A DNA stretch of 64,000 nt, from the NCBI GenBank assembly GCA_051294375.1, contig CM119263.1:3680785-3744784 (forward strand). Reading direction: 5' to 3'. The notes below the pieces were generated by a model that saw only the letters and a program-made list of their open reading frames with translations, searched no databases and was not told where the DNA came from. Below, piece by piece: positions 50,750-64,000 of this stretch. This DNA comes from Paraspadella gotoi. Its lineage: Eukaryota; Animalia; Chaetognatha. The stretch's first letter is position 1. Every line of letters begins with the position of its first letter. Both the position numbers and the translations under genes were made by a program.

Positions 50750-53700
50750 GCTTGAGGCGGTGGGTGGAGCTGTGGGTGAATTGTATACCACCACAAGGAT
50801 TGGAGATGTCGTCGAAATGAGAGTATGAGACTTGGGCTTTTGAGAACGGAGAAGGAGGGTTACTTGAGAGGAGAGATCGAGAGAAGAAAGAGAGCAGAAA
50901 GATCCTATGAGTTCCGTTAAAGTCCCGGACTGGTGTAATGTAAAAATGCGTTTATACCAGTTAACGAGTGGATTCGATACGTCTATCGTAGTTCCTCGGT
51001 ATTGAGAGGAAGTAGGCGCGAAATTCAAGTCTGGACTTATGTCGTCATCTCGTCATCGTTCGTGCGATCGGGTCGATTTGATTATCGACTGCGTCGGACG
51101 CTTGTTCATCCCGTTTTTTCTGGAGCTGTAGGAGAAATCGTCTGTCCGTCTTCATCGTTGTCGTCGTTCGTCGTCGTCGTCTTCTCATTATTTTTTGATT
51201 CGACATCGTAAATCATCCCGAAACTCCACCGATTTTCGCGCTTTCATCTTTTTTATTGAGTCGGCGTTCGAAGTTCTTTCGGACGATGTGTCCTTCTTTT
51301 ATCGTCGTCGTTCGTCGTCGTCGTCTTCTTTTCCAGTCGTCGTGCGTCTGCCGTTACTTAGTATTTTTCGTTTACTACTATCGTCTGTGCGTCCCGGTTA
51401 TCGTCTTCCTTTAGGTCCCAGCTTCGGTCTGGTCGGTTTATTGCACCCCTCGATGCAGCTTCTCGTTCTTTTGTTACGCAGATATTTATGCCTATACTTT
51501 TTCCAGTAGTATTTTTCGTTTCTGGAAAGCTAGAGCTTTACCGGTAATTTCTTTTGTTTTTTCTTTTTTGTGGACCAAGCTGTTCGTACACAACAACGCG
51601 TGTTTGTGCGTTCGGCTTTCTCATGTTCGACGACAACTTACTATCTCGCGTACTTTTATTAAAGGTTGAATGAGTAACGATCTAAACATCAATGGTTATT
51701 TCTTAATGACTTATGTTGTACATCTCAATGAAATTAATTCTTATTTTATTCCAGAGAATTTCTTATTTTTGTTCATTTTCTCTAAATATATAATTCTCGA
51801 AAAGACTGTATAATTCTATTGAGGAGGATGCATAGCCATATTGATTTCATTCAATATAATAGATCACAAAATATTTTAAAATGCTGTGATAGTGTGATAA
51901 AAATTGTTAAACAAGAAATAAGAGACTCTCGTTACTAAGTAATATCTTACTCTATCATGTTTAACTATCTTTTTATTTCTACTATAATATCTTTCTCATA
52001 TCTATTTTTCCTCTTTTTTTCATATACTTGCTTATCCTTCGTTAGTCTGTTTCCCTTATTCTTCCTTTTATCTACTATTACCGTATATTACTACTTTCGT
52101 TATGCTTCGCTTTGGCTCATTTGGCCGTAGTCTTTCACCTCCCGTTCCCTTCCATTTAAGTCATGCCACCATCTCTTCCCTCTTAGTCTCTGATCCTCCG
52201 TGGTATTTGTTGCTTTCTCCTCATTCCTGTAGTAAAAGCATCAAGCCTTTTTCCATCCCAGCTATCCCCATTTGTACCGGCGCGATACTCTCTCCTACTT
52301 TTATTTATATCTCCATACCTTTTCCTTTTTAGGCTACCTACCCTGTGAGTGCAGGAACCCCAAGTCGTAGGTGAAGGTAGGATTTACACTTTCTCTTGGC
52401 TCATGTTTATAAAGACCGCCATTACTTCCAACCCGTCGGTTTGATTTAGAATATTCATGAAGTTAAACCGTCCAACCCAAACCGTCTAAATTCCTATTGA
52501 AAGAAAACTAATTATTTAAGAAAAAGAGAAAAAATGGGCAAAAGAGAAAGAAGAATAGAAGAAAAGAATTGAATAACCCGTGAAAATCATGGAATAAAGA
52601 GAGAAAGAGGAAATTTTTCGAGATTTAGCCTCTCGCAAAAGAAAAAGATCCCTTCCGAAGTCCGAAGAGCCACCAGGAACCCGTTACCAGAACTTAACCC
52701 CAGAGGAGGAGAGAACGGTGATATAGAAGTTACAGGAATAGTGCAAAATCTCCAGGCACGGCCACAGCCCCTTAGCAGCACTTATCCCACACTGTGATCA
52801 GACAGGATCGGGAAGAGACGAGAGGGTTGCGTGCTGGACCAGTGGGTGAAATCATGATGTAAAAAAAGCGGCTAAGTGGGCGATTGGAAGAAGAGGAAAA
52901 GGAACTCCAGAAAGAAGAGAGAGAGAAGATGGACGTAGTGATCAGCGATAACTTCGTATAAAGACCCCCTGATGCATGAAGTGGAGCAAGTGGAGAGACT
53001 TGTGGGTCACGTAGTGGAGGCTCAATAAGGGAAGAAGAAAGAAACTCCAGAAAGAGAAGAGATGAAACCAGGGACTTGAGAGGGAGAGAGACACGAGCGT
53101 CTTGGACCTCCCCACGCCCATTGCGAGACGCATAGAGAGAGGGCAGTGGCTTGTGGTGGTGAGGAAGATCAATAAGGGAGAGAAGGACAAAAAGAACACT
53201 CACGAGACTTGATTGACGAGAGAGACTCTGATAGAACTCTGCTTTTCTCCACTGAAGAGACGGATTATCGAGAGAGAGAGAGAGAGACTTACAGTAGTTT
53301 AAAATAACGGTGATATAAGTGAGAGAGAAAATGTTTTTGAACCCAGACGGAGCACACCATAAAAGAAGTTGGTCATAGCTGCAGGCTTTAGTGATAGAAT
53401 TGGACTTGTACTCTACAATGGATTGAATGCGTCAGCAAGACCTTTCAATTTTGTATGTCATTGGATAAGAAAGAGTTCTGACGGTGTCTCTCGAGCCTTT
53501 CAAGTCTCAATTCGCACATCATGGATAGATCTTTTCTCTGATATATTTTCTTTGGTGTCTGTATTCTCTTCGCTTTTTATTGTCTCCTTTCTCTACAATT
53601 TTATAGAGTTTCTCGTGTTTTTCTTGTCTTAGGTCTGCCACTGAACAACGTCTAAGCAGGGTCAGAAGTGGAATACCAAAGTAATTTTTTATTATCGCGC

Positions 53701-53969
53701 ATTTTATGTGACAAATATTTCTGTCAAATCTTTGTAATATTTGTAAAAAAATTTAAAAGATAGCTTCACGACGTTTAAAATTACCGTTCAGGTAAGTACG
53801 GCGCAAAGCAATCTTGTTGTGTCGCTTTGTTGTGAGCCTCTCAACAACACCAAGATGCTACTTCTACCAACTTAAGATACGGTTACATTCAATGTGTTGC
53901 GCCCGCACTGACCGCCTCGAGTTTTATAACACGTGTATTTTTTCGTGGCGTGCCACTAGACGTTGGCGA
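50750..53969 (+). repeat. Very noisy, insertion-rich forward copy of ~38600-40600
   Basis: Landmarks recur in order with extra bases: gaaatcgtc..tcttcatcgttgtcgtc, attttttgattcgac, agaatattcatgaagttaaac, gtgatagaatt, gaacaacgtctaa..gggtcagaag, acgacgtttaaaattac, ttcaatgtgttgcgcccgca. Ends at a 25-N gap. Confidence 0.8.
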
Positions 53970-54334
53970 NNNNNNNNNNNNNNNNNNNNNNNNNGAGAGA
54001 GAGAGAGAGAGAGAGAGAGAATAGGAAAAGTCAAAAGGCGAAGTTTAGCAACGATGATGATGTCGATGACGACGACGACCACGAAGACAATGACGACGAT
54101 GATGCAAAAGCCATTAATTAATCCGATTAATGGGAAAACTAGGAGAACGAGGATAACGAGGATAACTAGGAGAACGAGGAGAACGAGCAGAATTAGGAGA
54201 ACGTCCGTTGCGAAAGAAAAAAAGATCAAGACTTCGTCCCAAATAATAAAAGTCCCTTCGCCTTCCGGTCTTCAGCGGAAAGTGAGAACTTTTCAAATAA
54301 TCTCTTTTCTTCGTCGTAGTCGTCTTCGTCCTTG

Positions 54335-54460
54335 CCGTCTTCGTCGTCGCCGTCTTCGTCGTCGCCATCTTCGTCGTCGCCATCTTCGTCGTCGCCATCT
54401 TCGTCGTCGCCGTCTTCGTCGTCGCCATCTTCGTCGTCGCCATCTTCGTCGTCGCCGTCG
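54335..54460 (+). repeat. 15-bp repeat C(A/G)TCTTCGTCGTCGC
   Basis: About 8 units. Explains the RRRHL/MATTK ORFs. Confidence 0.9.
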
Positions 54461-54735
54461 TCCTCGTCGTCGTCTTTCTCGTCGTCGTTGTGATCGTAGT
54501 CGTTGCGGGCGAGAATCCCTAAGTTTTCCTAGTCGTTTTCGTCGTCGTCGTCGTCATCATTGTCGTCGTCGTCGTCGTCGTCCTTTCCCGCGTTGGTTTC
54601 TCAAATGAGTCTTTCTTTCGCTTGTCACAAAAAAATAGTAATAGTTTCTTGTCGCCTGAACTTTGCAACAAGTCATTCACCATAACATGATTTATGTAAA
54701 TGACCGGTTTTGAAGTTTCGCCAAACTGCAATTGA

Positions 54736-54749
54736 TATCATCATCATCG

Positions 54750-54820
<71 letters not shown>
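54736..54820 (+). repeat. (ATC)n microsatellite
   Basis: Direct reading. Confidence 0.95.
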
Positions 54821-55131
54821 TTCATGATAATAATATTATGAAGGTCGATTACTGTCATTTTAATAATTCTTAATTAACCCGAATAAACTAACAAAATAAG
54901 TTCATATCTCATAATTTTTTTTACTAAACTTAATCTTATTAAATCACGTAAGGTATTATTATTTAACAACCACTAATCTTGTCATTTTAAAAATTAAATC
55001 TGACAACAATAGCTCACGACGATCCTCATCATTTAATCACCACGAGTCTCATTAAATCACCCCTTCGATCGCCTTTAAATCACTTCTGCTTCGATAAGTA
55101 AAGTGACGATAATATCGGTCAAGGTTAAAAA

Positions 55132-55169
<38 letters not shown>

Positions 55170-56859
55170 TGTGCAGAGTGAGAGTTGAGAGAAAATTATG
55201 AATGATAAAAACGGGCGAGGGAGGATGAAATGAAAGAAAATAAAAATCAAAAGGAAATTATTAAGAAAATAATAGGAAATAATGGAAAAGTAAAATTGAA
55301 AAATAAAAAAAAAGTAAAAGCATAAGAAAAAAAAGGTTCTCTTTTCCGAGAGTGCCCTATTTCTGATTCTTTATCCCAGAATTTAATTTTAACCTTAACA
55401 CTTAACTTAAATAATATAATTATATTTATAACCATTTCCTTGACCCTATCCTCTAACCTTATACCTTATCCCTANNNNNNNNNNNNNNNNNNNNNNNNNN
55501 NNNNNNNNNNNNNNNNNNNNNNNNNNNNNNNNNNNNNNNNNNNNNNNNNNNNNNNNNNNNNNNNNNNNNNNNNNNNNNNNNNNNNNNNNNNNNNNNNNNN
55601 NNNNNNNNNNNNNNNNNNNNNNNNNNNNNNNNACCTAATCCTTAACCTAATCTTTCATTTTATTTCATTAAAGTAATATAATTTAAAATTTCAGATATTG
55701 TGTCAAGACTTTGTTTTTGTTATATNNNNNNNNNNNNNNNNNNNNNNNNNNNNNNNNNNNNNNNNNNNNNNNNNNNNNNNNNNNNNNNNNNNNNNNNNNN
55801 NNNNNNNNNNNNNNNNNNNNNNNNNNNNNNNNNNNNNNNNNNNNNNNNNNNNNNNNNNNNNNNNNNNNNNNNNNNNNNNNNNNNNNNNNNNNNNNNNNNN
55901 NNNNNNNNNNNNNNNNNNNNNNNNNNNNNNNNNNNNNNNNNNNNNNNNNNNNNNNNNNNNNNNNNNNNNNNNNNNNNNNNNNNNNNNNNNNNNNNNNNNN
56001 NNNNNNNNNNNNNNNNNNNNNNNNNNNNNNNNNNNNNNNNNNNNNNNNNNNNNNNNNNNNNNNNNNNATTGTAATCAGCAGTTTTGTTGAGTTCTGTTGT
56101 CGGTTTCAGTTATAGACAAGGATAATTAATTCAGTGCATTAGTGGCTATTTTAAATAAAAAAGAAAACGTCAAACAGGTAGTGGAGAAGCATAGGCTAGA
56201 GGAATTCTTGGTGGGCGGAAATTAGGGACGAGCGTGGACCTGGTTACGAGAAAAGAACGAAAGGTGATCCTTTGAAGAAGAAATGAAATTCAGTGGGAAT
56301 AAGAAAAGGACGGAGAAAACATCTCTATGTAAAATACGAAAAGACGTTGGGGCAAAAGAGTTTGGCGGGAAAAAGCGAATGTAAATCTTCGTCTCGAATG
56401 AGATTCGCGTCTGAGATCGTAAGGCNNNNNNNNNNNNNNNNNNNNNNNNNNNNNNNNNNNNNNNNNNNNNNNNNNNNNNNNNNNNNNNNNNNNNNNNNNN
56501 NNNNNNNNNNNNNNNNNNNNNNNNNNNNNNNNNNNNNNNNNNNNNNNNNNNNNNNNNNNNNNNNNNNNNNNNNNNNNNNNNNNNNNNNNNNNNNNNNNNN
56601 NNNNNNNNNNNNNNNNNTCTCTTTCCACTGAAATTACGAGCGCGAGAGAATGCGAGGTGTGCGTCAATGTCAGAAAGGAGTGTGCGGTTTGTGTGCGAGG
56701 AAGATTGGGTGCGTTGGACCACGAGCAACGGATAATTCAACGGGACTAAGCACATAATACAGCAGATTGAATCAGGAACAATTGGTCTCGATGCTTTCGC
56801 AAGATTGTCTACGAAGATTTGCAACATCGTTTCACGGCAAAGTTTATCTCATCATCGGG

Positions 56860-57020
56860 TAAGACTTGATTGGATAAGACTTTATTGGATCAAACTTGAT
56901 TGGATCAAACTTGATTGGATAAGACTTTATTGGATCAAACTTGATTGGATCAGACTTGATTGGATCAGACTTGACTGGAGAAGACTTTATTTAATCCGAC
57001 TTGATTGAATAACACTTGAT
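56860..57020 (+). repeat. 15-bp minisatellite AAGACTTGATTGGAT / CAAACTTGATTGGAT
   Basis: About 10 units. A noisy mirror lies at ~33380-33560. Confidence 0.9.
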
Positions 57021-59930
57021 TTTACTTGGTAAAAGCTCACTGCCTCGATCTCTCTGCTAAAAAAAGTAGCCCAAAATTTAGAATTCCATTCGTTTTCCTT
57101 TTTCAATAAAAACCCGTTGTTCGGCGTCTAAGGGTCAACTCATCTTATTCCCCCAAAAAAATTGCTTTTTTTTTATCCCCAGCTGCTGACGATATTATTT
57201 TAGAATTACCCTATTGCTAAAAAATTCCTCGGAAATGGTAATGTTTCACTTTTCTATTTATTTGGTTAACATAAAGATAATCTATCTCTCAAACTACCTC
57301 GATCTAACTTTCTACAAAAAAAAAATCCCAAAAAACAGGAACACGAGAAAACAAAAAGAGCAGAATGAAGGAAGACCGCGGAGCGAAAATAAATGGAAGA
57401 GGAAAAAAACAAAAGGAACGGACGGGGTGTAGAAGGAGGTCGTGAGATGGGGCTTGGGGTCGAGAAGAGGCGGAGTGGAAATCCGAATCGCGAATAAATA
57501 ATCCGACAGGAAACATTTATGGACGATGCTATGGATTCTAGAGGCGACAACACTACTTTTGCCAAGGCGGCGCCACAGCTTGTGAAAGCGNNNNNNNNNN
57601 NNNNNNNNNNNNNNNNNNNNNNNNNNNNNNNNNNNNNNNNNNNNNNNNNNNNNNNNNNNNNNNNNNNNNNNNNNNNNNNNNNNNNNNNNNNNNNNNNNNN
57701 NNNNNNNNNNNNNNNNNNNNNNNNNNNNNNNNNNNNNNNNNNNNNNNNNNNNNNNNNNNNNNNNNNNNNNNNNNNNNNNNNNNNNNNNNNNNNNNNNNNN
57801 NNNNNNNNNNNNNNNNNNNNNNNNNNNNNNNNNNNNNNNNNNNNNNNNNNNNNNNNNNNNNNNNNNNNNNNNNNNNNNNNNNNNNNNNNNNNNNNNNNNN
57901 NNNNNNNNNNNNNNNNNNNNNNNNNNNNNNNNNNNNNNNNNNNNNNNNNNNNNNNNNNNNNNNNNNNNNNNNNNNNNNNNNNNNNNNNNNNNNNNNNNNN
58001 NNNNNNNNNNNNNNNNNNNNNNNNNNNNNNNNNNNNNNNNNNNNNNNNNNNNNNNNNNNNNNNNNNNNNNNNNNNNNNNNNNNNNNNNNNNNNNNNNNNN
58101 NNNNNNNNNNNNNNNNNNNNNNNNNNNNNNNNNNNNNNNNNNNNNNNNNNNNNNNNNNNNNNNNNNNNNNNNNNNNNNNNNNNNNNNNNNNNNNNNNNNN
58201 NNNNNNNNNNNNNNNNNNNNNNNNNNNNNNNNNNNNNNNNNNNNNNNNNNNNNNNNNNNNNNNNNNNNNNNNNNNNNNNNNNNNNNNNNNNNNNNNNNNN
58301 NNNNNNNNNNNNNNNNNNNNNNNNNNNNNNNNNNNNNNNNNNNNNNNNNNNNNNNNNNNNNNNNNNNNNNNNNNNNNNNNNNNNNNNNNNNNNNNNNNNN
58401 NNNNNNNNNNNNNNNNNNNNNNNNNNNNNNNNNNNNNNNNNNNNNNNNNNNNNNNNNNNNNNNNNNNNNNNNNNNNNNNNNNNNNNNNNNNNNNNNNNNN
58501 NNNNNNNNNNNNNNNNNNNNNNNNNNNNNNNNNNNNNNNNNNNNNNNTTTTTTTTAATTTATTTCGTAAACATAGATGAATCATATAATTTTAATAACAT
58601 AGCAACATTACGTATAATAAGCGCAAATAATAACTAAAATACAGTTTGCCTACGCATAATGTCCTCGAAATCGTCTTTCCCCATGCAGCCTAAAACGGTC
58701 AATGACCGACATACCTTACCACTTGTACCAGTTACCAGTTACCAGTTACCCTGTTACCCCCACATTCGAACGTCAAAAGCTAAATCGTTCCGATGACGCA
58801 GACTTTTGTTTCGACTTTTGTTTCTCGCCACCGCCGAGAGTCGTCGTCTTTTCATCATTTAAACAAAAGACTAAGCGTGGAGTGATTTTTTTTTTCCAAG
58901 TTTTATGGTTTTATATTTATTTCTATTTTACCTTTTTTTTTTGAGTTAGTGTAGCTTTTTTCTTTTTATATATTTTGTTTTATTTATTATATTCTAGCTC
59001 TATTCTATAAATTTAATTGTAATACTTCATTCAAATTGGATAATAGTTCTCTCAATTTATCCTCTCATTTTTTTTTCAGCTTCAAATCCGCGCTGTTTAA
59101 TCGTTAAGGCCATTTGTTCGTTTCGTCCGTCGCTTTGACTTTTACCGCCGGTAGAGGGAGAAGGGAGTGGAGAAAAGCGCGTGAGGGAGATGGGGGCGTG
59201 AGGGGGGAGTTAAAACGGGGCGAAATTTGACGTCAGACGCGTAAAGAATCGAATTTGAATTCCATTTCGATTCAAACATCATTAATTGACGATTTTTAAA
59301 ATTAAATTTTAATTTACTTAGTTTATTATTTTCGCTCTTAACTTATGTATGACATTTTTGTTAAAAGAATATTACTTTTCAGCTTTGTCTACTGGGTTTC
59401 GCCAATTTTTGTGAGGCATCCATTAGAATATCTTTCCCATAAAAAAAAAGAAATATTATAAAATAAAATTCGCTAGTGATAGTGATAAGTTATAAATGAT
59501 AAGTGTTAAGTGTTAAGGATTGTGACAGTGATCATTATGGACAAAGGAGGCAGTAGGAGAGGAGCAGCATAAAGTATGAAGTAAGAAGAAGTCGAGCAAT
59601 AGCGGATTTAGCGAAATGTGTAGTTTTATTTATTAATTACTTAGTTAACAAAATAAAAATTAACAAAAAAAAGAAAAAAAAAAAAAAAAAAACGAAACAT
59701 TTCCAAGAAATAATCTCGTGGATTTTCGAGAAATGATCTGGACGCTTCGCAGAACCAGATGTGAACGCGCAGAGATTTTTTGGGGGAATCAGATACTGAG
59801 ATGATCACAAGATATCACAAAGGGTTTTGTTAGCTTAATCACTTATTGCTTGCTCCTTAAAATCCGGCACGAGATTCCTGCATCAAAGTCTTATAAAGAA
59901 AAGCTGAGAGTTGACAGCTAGGAGTTTAGA

Positions 59931-60035
<105 letters not shown>

Positions 60036-60377
60036 CGCCTCTTTTTGATTAGAAAAATTCGAAGCTTTTCAGGGCAAAAAACTTGTGAATGTATGATCCG
60101 AGTGAAAAAAAGTCACTCGGCCCAAAAGGGAAATTTGCTTTTCAGGTCATAGAATTTAATTTCGGCCGACGCTAATGTCGAGTCGCGGATGTAATAGGTA
60201 ATTTTTAAAGTCCCGGATGGAAATAGTAGCATTAACGCTCTTGTATGTAACTCGTACCTGCACTAACCTTTCTGCCATGACTCTCTATTTGCGAAAGAGT
60301 AAGCGAAAAAAGAAGAAGAAATCCTAAAAGACAAAACGAGAAGCCTTTCCATGCTCTCTCTCTCTTCTTCTCTCTCT

Positions 60378-60419
<42 letters not shown>

Positions 60420-60675
60420 TCTCTCTTTCGACGTGAATTATAACATTGATGAGTAGTGACAGAAAGGAAGTGGAGAAAAAGCCTAAGGAATCAAATGTCA
60501 CAGAAAATCGTTGATCGATTGTGACGTCGATGATAAAAAGGAGAAACTCACTTCACTTCATCACTTCACTTCCACCTCAATCACTTTTTCCTCACTTTCT
60601 CTCCGCTTCCAATTCAATTTTAGTTCATTTTGCTTCTCATATTTAGGTTTGACTTCTGTCAGTTTAATGTCATAC

Positions 60676-60930
60676 TGTCATCTCACAGTCATCATGTCGT
60701 TCACTGTCATTCTGTCATCTCACAGTCATCATGTCGTTCACCGTCATTCTGTCATCTCACAGTCATCATGTCGCTTTGTCATTTTACAATCATTTTTTCA
60801 TTTCACATTTATCTGTCATTCCGTCATTTAAAAGTCAATCTGTCATTTTTACCCAAAAAAATTGTAATTCTCTCAGTTCATCATTCTCTTATTTCACAGT
60901 CATTCTTCCATTTCACTCTCATCATGTCCT
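60676..60930 (+). repeat. 37-bp repeat CTGTCATCTCACAGTCATCATGTCGTTCACTGTCATT (~3 clean units, then degenerate)
   Basis: Direct reading. Confidence 0.85.
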
Positions 60931-61032
60931 TCTGCCAGAAATCTCGGAGATGCTAGCGTCACAAAAACACAGGCGTTCATGGAGACGCCGTAAGTTATCC
61001 CCTTGCTATAAATTATTTGTCTGTGTGTCTTG

Positions 61033-61087
61033 CTGCGGCGGTGACCGCCGCCGCCGCCGATGCCGCCGCTGCCGCCGCCGTCGCCGC

Positions 61088-61118
<31 letters not shown>

Positions 61119-61145
61119 GCCGCCGCTGCCGCTGCCGCTGCCGCA
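61033..61145 (+). repeat. (CCG/CTG)n GC-rich trinucleotide tract
   Basis: Direct reading. Confidence 0.95.
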
Positions 61146-61511
61146 AGTCAGGCGTAATTTCCGGGGCATAAATTTTGAGGTTGGAATCGATAAATTTATT
61201 TCTTCACTGACGACGATCACAGAAATTGCAAAACTTTAAGTTAAGTCTTTATTGTTTTTTTCGGGACGCTTGAAGTGGAAACTATTTATTAATTCTTATT
61301 ATCTATTACTTATTACTTGTGTTTACTTACTGTTAATAACTATATAATTATAAATGAGCAAAGGTCGTTGCACGGTTCGCAGAGAAATGATGCAAAATGA
61401 TCTCAGCATTTGATTTAGAGAAAAGAAATTCGCGTTTGATTCGTCGCTTCTGGTGCCCGATTGAAATTCTGGCATCAAAGGAAAGAAAAGAAATGAAGGC
61501 TGCTGACACTA

Positions 61512-61554
<43 letters not shown>

Positions 61555-61919
61555 ACTGAATGGTGTCCGAAAAAAACTTTTAAATACAAAATTTTTAAAA
61601 ACGCAGAATGAAATCGCTTAGGTTTTTATGGGAAAAAGTAAAAATTTTACCTTTTCGCTTATGTACGAGAGTCCTTCTCGTAATTTTTCTTTTTGTTTCA
61701 AAAACATAACTCAAGTTGAGGTCATTAGCTATGATTTATAGTTTAACATCAAAAGAACTTACAGGAAAATTATGGTGAAAATTCATTTATCATCTAACGT
61801 CAACAACAGGAAGAAATGAGAAACTCTTTCATCGTGATTATTGTCCCCCTCATAAGTCCCAAAGAAATTTTAAAAATAACATTAAAAAAAAAAACTGTAC
61901 AATAATTAAAAATTGGAAG

Positions 61920-62560
61920 AGTAAAAGACTATTTATTTTTAAATATAAAAAGATTAAAATACTAAAAACATAAGAATACTAAAAGACTAAAAAAAAGAAT
62001 AAAACGATGAAAAAAATAAAAGATTAAAAAGATAAAAAGATTAAAAAACTAAAAAGATCAGAAAAATATAAGACAAAAAAGAATAAAAAAGAAAAAAATA
62101 TTAAGAGAAAAAAAAAATAAAAAAAGAATAAAAGACAAAAAAGAAGAAAAAAATAAAAAAGAATAAAATAGAATAAAAAGAATAAAAAAAGAATAAAAGA
62201 CAAAATAGAATAAAAAAAATTAAAAAGATTAAAAGAATAAAAAAAATAAAAGACAAAAAAGAATAAAAAGGAAGAAAGAAAACAAAAAGACAAAAAAGAA
62301 TATAAAAAAGAATGAAAAAGGAAAAAATAAAACTAAAAGACAAAATAGAATATAAAAGAAAGGAAAAAAAGAAAAAAAGAAGAATAAAAGAATAAAAAGA
62401 ATAAAAAAAAGAATAAAAGAAAAAACGATTTTAAAAACGAAAAACGAAGAATAAAAAAGACAAAAAAAAAAAAGAAAAGACAAAAAAGAAGAATAAAAGG
62501 GAAAAAAATGAAAAAAAAAAACTAAAAGAAAAAAAGAAAAAAAAGAGAAAAAATAAGGAT
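61920..62560 (+). repeat. A-rich low-complexity tract (AAAAGAATAAAA-like)
   Basis: Direct reading. Confidence 0.9.
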
Positions 62561-63761
62561 AAAAGGCGTGAATGAAAGACGAACAAGGAAGTCGAAGACA
62601 TAAAACAATTGGCGACGAAGAGTCTCACTCTCACTGTGAATTTCTCTCTGTGAATCGTGACCAGAAGGAAGGAACAAAAAGAAAAGAAGGAAAAAGGAAA
62701 AAAAAGGAAAAGAAGGTAAGAAATGAAAGAGAAAAATGGTCGAAAATTCGCGGGGTTTCTCCAATGAAGAAGACCCAATACGTATTTATCACGAAAAAGA
62801 TAAAAATGAATCAAAATTAAGATAAAAAATCGATAAAATTTCCAGTTAATTAATAAAAAAGAGCTTATCCGTCGCTTAAATGACGACATTCAGATTTATT
62901 TAAGTAATTACTTTTATTCAAAAGATATATATTACACACTGTACCTTTAAAATTTTTTTTCTCGACTCAAAACTCCTTTTTCTCGACTCCAAATGATCCA
63001 CTCGAAATTCCCTCGAGTTTTTCCCCAAATCTTCGTCCCCTTAAAAATCTCAGTGGATCCATTTAATTACGAGTCGCGACTCTCACGAACACAAACGACA
63101 TTTTCATTCGGAGAAAAAAAAAATTCGTTAAAAAGAAGAAAATTTACGATGGAATATGAGAAATAATCTTTTTATTATTATGACCGAGAATATAAAAAAA
63201 AGAACGCTGCGGGACAACTGACTTTTTAAAACCGATGGGATTTTTTACGGTGGTTCCAGCTCGAAAGTGGTTCCACTTATTGGCAAGTGGAAAGAGGACG
63301 AGAGAGAGAGAGAGAATGGGGAGGATAGTGAGAGACGAAAAGAAGAGAGAGACTATTATGATGAAGAGTGAGTATAATTGATATATGGGAGATAGAGAGA
63401 TGGTCTATCTCATTATATATTGATTTCACTTTATATATATATTAATTCTATGTCAATAATAAGTACATCTCTTATAGTATGTTTGAGGGCAGGAGACGGT
63501 GAGTGTATACTATATATTAATTGAGTGGAGAAATAGAGAGAGAGAGAAAATATTAAAAAGCGAATGAATTTAGAGCGGACTGATAGAGATAGCGTCTTAA
63601 TAGATTTCGTTACCCCGAACTTATTATTTTTTTAAATCTTTTTTATAAATATCTTTCTTCGTGAGACTTAATTTAGTTCTGGATGTAGTTTCAACCCGCG
63701 GGATTCAAGTCATAACTAAAGTCATGTTTCAGTCGACGAACCGAAGGAGAGAAAATTGAAA

Positions 63762-63780
63762 GTCGTCGTCGTCGTTGTCG

Positions 63781-63857
<77 letters not shown>

Positions 63858-63858
63858 A
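63762..63858 (+). repeat. (GTC)n-(TTG)n microsatellite
   Basis: Direct reading. Confidence 0.95.
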
Positions 63859-64000
63859 GTTATGAGCCTTCGCGGCCAAAGGAACCCGTTTTACTTTTTA
63901 ATCTTATTTTAATCTTTTAATCTTCTATCAACAACGACAATAAATTTTCTAATCTTCTCCTAATTGGTTTTTTTAGGTAATGGAAAAAATATACCAGTTC

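Noticed and set aside
50750-53969. Apparent unique ORFs (e.g. 52772-53203) and apparent ancient divergence of this copy
   Set aside because: Insertion-dominated corruption of 38600-40600, typical of raw long-read error rather than biology.
53814-54608. 264-aa Arg-rich, protamine-like ORF
   Set aside because: Spans an N gap and is built from (GTC)n and 15-bp repeats. The frame is not preserved in the mirror copy.
57519-58637. Longest ORFs in the track (also 55698-56115, 47094-47480, 30860-31289)
   Set aside because: Almost entirely N-gap.
60900-61220. Gly/Ser-rich or poly-Arg ORFs over the CCG tract
   Set aside because: Explained by the trinucleotide repeat, with no convincing flanking coding signal.

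Overview
This window is AT-rich eukaryotic (probably animal) genomic DNA from a gapped, partly unpolished assembly. It is dominated by microsatellites ((AG)n, (GAC)n, (ATC)n, (AAAG)n, (CCG)n, (TTG)n) and minisatellites. Almost all ORFs in the supplied track are translations of low-complexity repeats. No gene, rRNA, tRNA, CRISPR array or transposase could be named with confidence. The large-scale structure is (i) a ~7 kb direct duplication (1-7011 vs ~12733-19603) and (ii) a ~24 kb inverted repeat (~33165-57242) centred on a 25-N gap, with a noisy third copy at ~50750-53969. The copies differ mainly by small indels and sit against gaps of exactly 25 N, so they are probably long-read gap-filling artefacts. 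The best-supported biology is a dispersed ~360-430 bp non-autonomous element with DINE-1/HINE (Helentron-associated) architecture at four independent loci. Weaker candidates are two minus-strand terminal exons, a CpG-rich first-exon region, a small ORF with a BH3-like motif, and arrays of a 13-bp GTAAGT-containing repeat that start at splice-donor-like sites and bracket the inverted segment.
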